Origin: Candidatus Heimdallarchaeota archaeon
Lineage (GTDB): Archaea; Asgardarchaeota; Heimdallarchaeia; Heimdallarchaeales; Heimdallarchaeaceae
Assembly (NCBI GenBank): GCA_019057815.1
Contig: JAHLWR010000019.1
Span: 1-64,000, forward strand
Direction: 5' to 3'
DNA: 64,000 nt
This document shows, piece after piece, positions 58,759 to 64,000 of the stretch. The notes beneath the pieces are model-generated. The model saw nothing but the letters and a program-made list of their open reading frames with translations. It had not been told where the DNA came from and made no database searches. A program made the translations under genes and the position numbers. Position 1 is the stretch's first letter. Each line of letters begins with the position of its first letter.

Positions 58759-61315
58759 TTTTTCACCTTGTTATCCTTACACTTCGACGGATGGGTTTTT
58801 GATAAGAAGATAGGCAAGTGTAGTGTTTTTATCAATTTATATATCTATTGTCTCATATTTAAAGAAGGAAAAAAAGCTATTTCTTTCTTCGTTGTAGCAC
58901 CACTAAACCAAAGACTAAAAATAGAAAAGTTATCGCAGGAAGGAGAAGAGAGAGCGTTTGAAATTCTGACATAACCTCAGAAACAGTAAATGAGTGATAT
59001 AAACCAACGTTGTCATCGATAGCTTCATTGTGGTCAGCAGAATTATCTATAGCTTTAATGTAATATTCAATTGTGTCACCAGCTGTAAAAAGACCAATAG
59101 TTACGCTGTAAAGATTACCACTTATAAGAGTCATACTAACTTCTAACCAAGTTCCACTATTGACTCTATAGTGGAGAGTAACGGATTGCACACCAGACGC
59201 GTCAGTGATGGTAACATTGATACTAATAATATCTAGTTCTGTAGGTGTAGAGGGAGCGTGAATAATATCAACAATTAGTGGAGGATCAATGTCTACAATT
59301 ACTCCAAGAGGATATATGTCAACTGAACCAGCTGAACCATCAATATCATAAGTACCTGTTCCTGACCAATCTGACCAATCGTTGCCATATTGTGTTTCAG
59401 TATCATACCAAAAGTTGTCAAATCCTTCATCATACGCTTGTGAAGTTCCTCCTAGTCTATTGTCTACAAAAGTATTATGGTGAATAAAATTATTATCAGA
59501 ACCATATCTTAAGTATACTCCATAGCCTACATTTTCTTGTAGAACATTGTAAGTAACGACACAGAAATCCGAAGAACTAAGATAGATGCCATAATCGTTG
59601 TTGTTGCAAGTGTTGTTTGTAACAGTAGAAGAATCAGAAGAGCTAAGATAGATGCTTTCCCAGTTGTTACTGTTACAAGTGTTGTTTGTAACAGTAGATC
59701 TACTAGAATCTTCAAGATAGATACCGTATTGGTTATTGTTGCTACATGTGTTGTTTGTAACAGTAGAAGAATCAGAAGAGCTGAGATAGATGCCAAAATA
59801 GTTGTTGCTGCAAGTGTTGTTTGTAACAGTAGAAGAATCAGAAGAGAAAAGAAATATACCCTCGATATTGTTACTACAAGTGTTGTTTGCAACAGTAGAA
59901 CTAACAGAATACCGAATATAGATACCGATTTGGTTATTGTTATTACATGTGTTATTTGCAACAGTAGAAGAATCAGAAGAGCTGAGATAGATGCCAAAGT
60001 AGTTGTTGCTACAAGTGGTATTAATGATAACTGAATTTGAACAGTAGTAGAGAGATAGACCAGTTCCAGCGTTATTTAATATTTGGTCACGTATTGTAAT
60101 ATTAGTACAATTAACTAATATTAATTGACCATAAGGTTCAGCAATTATCGTAGAGTCTAGGTTAATGTAAAAACCCATTTTTTTCTCATTCACCCAATTA
60201 TTCTCGACAGTATATGATAAATAAGCATCAACCGTATCTTCCCTTATCTCTAAACCGCAATTAGTAAAAGTGTTGTTTACAACAGTAGAACTAACAGAAT
60301 ACCGAAGATAAATGCCTTCCCAGTTGTTATGGTTGCACGTGTTGTTTACAACAGTCGAATTATCAGAATAGTAAAGATAGATGCCATAGCTATTATTGTT
60401 GCTACAAGTGTTGTTGGCAACAGTAGAACTACCAGAAGCGGAAAGCACGATACCTAAATTGTTGTTGTTGTTGCATGTGTTATTAATGACAGTAGAACTA
60501 CTAGAAGAGTAAAGCAAGATGCCGTCCCAGTTGTTGCTACAAGTGTTGTTGGCAACAGTAGAACTACTAGAAGAGTAAAGCCTGATACCATTCGCTCTAT
60601 TGCTACACGTGTTATTAGCAACAGTCGAATGACTAGAATAGTAAAGATAGATGCCATAGTTGTTATTGTTGCAAGTGTTGTTTACAACAGTAGGAGAAAC
60701 AGAATAGTCAAGCAAGATGCCACAACCATTGCTATTGCAAGTGTTGTTTACAACAGTAGAACTCCCGGAATACAGAAGATAGATGCCATCATAGACATTG
60801 TTACTGCACGTATTGTTGACGACAGTTGCTGTTCTATAAGCTACCCCATAGATATGAATTCCATAATTGCCTGCATCAACATAGCAGTTACGAACAGCAA
60901 AATATCTCGTTGTACCAGTAATATAAATACCATTGACATCAGTTGTTGTGATATTGTAATCCTCAATAAGATAAGGATCATCAACAGTTCCTGCACCTGG
61001 AAAACCGTAATCGGTAAAATTACCATCTGAAGTAATGTATATTGGGTCATGTGGGATTAAAGAGGATAGTGACAGATCCCTTTCATTTTTTTCTGTTATT
61101 TGTATTCCTTTAGTTATTCCTTGACTAAGATTTAGTATTAACACCACTGTTACTATTAATCCTATTGCTGTTCTTATTGAATAATTTGAAATTTTCTTCA
61201 TTTTTTCACCTTGTTATCCTTACACTTTGACGAATGGTTTTGATAAGAAGATAGGCAAGTGTAGTGTTTTTATCAATTTATATATTTTTAGTTTTATATT
61301 TAAAGAAGGAAAAAA
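58600..61315. repeat. Direct duplication of about 270 bp covering promoter, SD and signal-peptide coding sequence (about 58600-58876 and 61045-61315)
   Basis: Near-identical DNA including non-coding ttcaccttgttatccttacactt..gataagaagataggcaagtgtagtgtttttatcaatttatatat. Confidence 0.85.
58877..61201 (-). CDS. Intact NosD/CASH beta-helix surface protein with Ig-like domain and anchor
   Basis: Two blocks of GIYLxxSxxSTVxNNTCxNN repeats, DPPLI..DASGV..DNS Ig-like domain, TM plus QRRKK; SD AGGTGA. Confidence 0.9.
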   Translation of the reverse strand: MKKISNYSIRTAIGLIVTVVLILNLSQGITKGIQITEKNERDLSLSSLIPHDPIYITSDGNFTDYGFPGAGTVDDPYLIEDYNITTTDVNGIYITGTTRYFAVRNCYVDAGNYGIHIYGVAYRTATVVNNTCSNNVYDGIYLLYSGSSTVVNNTCNSNGCGILLDYSVSPTVVNNTCNNNNYGIYLYYSSHSTVANNTCSNRANGIRLYSSSSSTVANNTCSNNWDGILLYSSSSSTVINNTCNNNNNLGIVLSASGSSTVANNTCSNNNSYGIYLYYSDNSTVVNNTCNHNNWEGIYLRYSVSSTVVNNTFTNCGLEIREDTVDAYLSYTVENNWVNEKKMGFYINLDSTIIAEPYGQLILVNCTNITIRDQILNNAGTGLSLYYCSNSVIINTTCSNNYFGIYLSSSDSSTVANNTCNNNNQIGIYIRYSVSSTVANNTCSNNIEGIFLFSSDSSTVTNNTCSNNYFGIYLSSSDSSTVTNNTCSNNNQYGIYLEDSSRSTVTNNTCNSNNWESIYLSSSDSSTVTNNTCNNNDYGIYLSSSDFCVVTYNVLQENVGYGVYLRYGSDNNFIHHNTFVDNRLGGTSQAYDEGFDNFWYDTETQYGNDWSDWSGTGTYDIDGSAGSVDIYPLGVIVDIDPPLIVDIIHAPSTPTELDIISINVTITDASGVQSVTLHYRVNSGTWLEVSMTLISGNLYSVTIGLFTAGDTIEYYIKAIDNSADHNEAIDDNVGLYHSFTVSEVMSEFQTLSLLLPAITFLFLVFGLVVLQRRKK

Positions 61316-61378
61316 GAGAAAGGGTGTATGTTTTGCTCTTGTTAATACTTCTTTTCTATGCAGTTTCTAACAGCTAGT

Positions 61379-62836
61379 CTACTTCTTTTTCTTCTTTGAG
61401 ATTATCCTTGTGAGTATTAAGGGTACTACTAATATTAGGAGAGTAAATGTAAAGTTTAATGGATTTTCATCTGTAGTCGATTCAACTGAATGTTCAGCAA
61501 GGTTCATCAAGAGGATATAAATCTTCTGTACCAGTTGAACCATCAATAGCATAAGAACCTGTTCCTGACCAATCTGACCAGTAATTACCTTCCAAAGTTA
61601 AAGTATCATACCAATAGTTGTTAGTACTATCATCAAGAGCTTGGGAATTTCCTTTTAGATTATTGTCTACAAAGGTATTATGGTGAATAAGATTATTATC
61701 AGAACTAAGGAATAAGTATACTCCATATTTGATATTTTCTTGTAGAAGATTGTAAGTAATGACACAAAAATCAGAATAGAAAAGCAAGATACCTTCCCAG
61801 TTGTTGTTACTGCAAGTGTTGTTAGCAACCGTCGAACTATTAGAAAGGGAAAGAGAGATTCCTCTGTAGTTGTTGTTGCAAGTGTTGTTGGCAACAGTCG
61901 AACTACTAGAAGACTCAAGACTGATGCCATGCTTGTTATTGTTTTCGCACGTGTTGTTAATAATAGCTGAATATGTACAGGAGTAGAGAAATAGACCAGT
62001 TGTAGCGTTATTTAATATTTGGTCACGTACAGTCACATTAGTACAATTAACTAATATTAATTGACATTAAACTGGTTCAGCAATAGTAGTAGAGTCAAGG
62101 TTAGTGTAAAAACCCAGTTTTTTACCATTCACCCAATTATTCTCAACAGTATATGATAAGTAAGTGTCAACTGTATCTTCTCTTATAACCAAACTACAAT
62201 TAGTAAAAGTGTTGTTTGCTACAGTAGAGCTACCAGAAGAGTAAAGCAAGATGCCGTCATCACCATTGTTGATGCACGTGTTATTTGCAACAGTCGAACT
62301 TCCAGAAGAACGAAGCAAGATACCTCTGTTGTTGTTGTTGCACGTGTTATTTGCAACAGTCGAACTTCCAGAATTGTAAAGCTTGATGCCCCAGTAGTTA
62401 TTGCTGAATATGTTGTTAATGACAGTCGAACTATCAGAAGACCAAAGATAGATTCCATCCCATTGATTGTTGCTACACGTGTTGTCCTCAATAGTTACAG
62501 TACCATCAGCTGCATCATCGATATAAATGCCATAATCACCTGCGTCAATATAGCAGTTACGAACAATGAAATATCCCGTTGTATCAGTGATATAAATACC
62601 ATAGTCAGTCCATGTTGTAATGTTATATCCCTCAATAATATAAGGATCTTCAGCTGTTCCTGTTCCTAGAAAAACCTCAAAATCGCTATCACTTGTTATT
62701 TCAATAGGATCATGAGGAGTTAGCTCTAACGAAGTAGGTCTATAATTATTCTCTTGGGCAGTTATTTGTACATTGATATTCGATGCATACATTGACAATA
62801 TCAGTATTATAGTACTATTATTGTTCTCTTTTTCAT
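61379..62836 (-). pseudogene. Beta-helix surface gene with three lesions
   Basis: Frameshift in the signal peptide (MKKRTIIVL/IILILSMY, near 62810); in-frame TAA at 62067 (EPV*CQL against EPVYGQL in a paralogue); frameshift near 61499 before the anchor ..DENPLNFTFTLLILVVPLILTRIISKKKKK*. Confidence 0.85.
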
Positions 62837-63029
62837 AAAATCACACTTATTGAAACTCTTTATCGAATAAATATTTTGTGCAACAAATTCTTCGTTAATA
62901 ATCATAACTGGAATATTTTTCGAGTTTATAAACCAATTTGAGAATAATAGGTCAAACCCATCAGTTCTAATATCTTCCTATCTTCAAAAAACCCAAAAAG
63001 AAAGCATAAAATTACAGAAGGACTATTTC

Positions 63030-63443
63030 ATGATGGAAGAACTCTTAGAACGTCAATATTCAGTAACAGTCAGTATTCTAGAAAAGGTCATCTTTATCTT
63101 TTTCACTCTTCTTTCTGTTATTGCTTCTGTTCTTTCATTTACTGATTCTTCTGATAATTCTTCTTATTCCCTTGTTTTCAAAATCTTCATCGTTTTCTTA
63201 ACTCTCTTAATTTTCCTCTATTCTTTCATCATCACAGTCCTTATTCCTGTAATTGCCAAGAGTATTCTTCCAAAAATAGTTGACTTGCTTAACTGCAATT
63301 TTACTTCTTTTAGGTTTTTTTCTACTTATAGATTGGAATCTTTCCAATACAAGAATTTCCAAGAGAGAGATCTATGTGAGGATATTAGATTTGAAGAGAA
63401 TAAGGATAAAGAGGATTTATCAATTTCAGGAGGTATTAACTAA
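63030..63443 (+). CDS. Small two-TM hypothetical protein
   Basis: Two hydrophobic segments. Confidence 0.5.
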   Translation: MMEELLERQYSVTVSILEKVIFIFFTLLSVIASVLSFTDSSDNSSYSLVFKIFIVFLTLLIFLYSFIITVLIPVIAKSILPKIVDLLNCNFTSFRFFSTYRLESFQYKNFQERDLCEDIRFEENKDKEDLSISGGIN

Positions 63444-63445
63444 CT

Positions 63446-63712
63446 ATGTTGTGGGAATTAATTTTCGAAATTGAACATAAAGTCAAAGGAATAACTGTCG
63501 GTTTAGCCAATTATAAAATCTCTACTAGAGATGATTTGGAATATTTTTTGAGTCATTGTGTAAATGAATCTAATACTCCTGATGAACTATGGGAATATAG
63601 AGCTGTGCTTTTAGATGAAAATGGTAAAAAAGTAATTTTATCCGATCTTAATGAAATAATTATTAACAAAGAAAAATGCTTTGGTTCTGATACTATTCCA
63701 ACTAGCGTTTAA
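63446..63712 (+). CDS. Hypothetical protein
   Basis: GGAGG SD upstream; starts 2 bp after the previous stop. Confidence 0.55.
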   Translation: MLWELIFEIEHKVKGITVGLANYKISTRDDLEYFLSHCVNESNTPDELWEYRAVLLDENGKKVILSDLNEIIINKEKCFGSDTIPTSV

Positions 63713-63851
63713 AGTTAATAGTATTGAAATATCTGAATAAAGAAAAAAAAAGAACAAAAATAGGTGTTAACTCCACCCACATTGGTGACAGTTAATAATT
63801 TATGAACAATTAGCTTAAATATTGTTATAGCTTAAATCAGGTGACTGAACT

Positions 63852-64000
63852 ATGTTACTTAATGAAAAAATTAATCTTTTCGAAAAGAGAGTTCTATATG
63901 AACTTCTTGAAATTGCTGACAAAATTACAAATGGATACGAAGATTTTCCTGCGATTCCTTTTTCAGACAAAGCAACTCTCGCTATTATTCTGAGTTATTT
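63852..64000 (+). CDS. 5' part of a CDS running off the window
   Basis: AGGTGA SD, then ATG and an open frame MLLNEKINLFEKRVLYELLEIAD... Confidence 0.6.
   Translation, partial: MLLNEKINLFEKRVLYELLEIADKITNGYEDFPAIPFSDKATLAIILSY

Noticed and set aside
61494-62069. Selenocysteine or programmed recoding in the last beta-helix gene
   Set aside because: Three independent lesions of different types indicate ordinary pseudogenisation or sequence error
54800-62700. 66-bp periodic repeats as a CRISPR array or DGR template/variable repeats
   Set aside because: They are degenerate in-frame beta-helix coding repeats; there is no constant repeat with unique spacers, no cas gene and no reverse transcriptase in the window

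Overview
AT-rich archaeal DNA, most likely from an Asgard archaeon (Heimdallarchaeia-like); this is inferred from Rab- and Arf-like GTPases, multi-TM/longin fusions, AOR and NosD-type beta-helix surface proteins. There are three zones. (1) 1-16.8 kb is core-like: thioredoxin-like protein, NDP-sugar pyrophosphorylase, TsaA/TrmO, two small GTPases, ComDE-like decarboxylase, a MoaD/SAMP ending in GGM, an Ldh2/ComC-family dehydrogenase, AOR, two 7TM-longin paralogues and an unassigned ~260-nt structured, probably pseudoknotted ncRNA (9700-9959, - strand). (2) ~16.9-51.8 kb is an island bounded on the left by a GTCG-N11-CGAC site array. It carries a tightly coupled ~32-kb minus-strand operon: MinD/ParA ATPase, small hypothetical, membrane-anchored subtilase, ~4080-aa anchored Ig-repeat giant (split by one frameshift) and ~5230-aa secreted giant with a hydrophobic hinge and Lys-rich C-terminal cargo. 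An LRR gene follows it and a divergent wHTH gene precedes it. The layout resembles published Heimdallarchaeum 'aloposons' but looks functionally like a contact-dependent giant toxin/delivery system; no integrase or tRNA is visible. (3) 52-63 kb holds a secreted caspase/legumain-like protease and a tandem, mosaic, partly pseudogenised array of beta-helix surface genes. All calls are by eye from motifs; no database searches were run.
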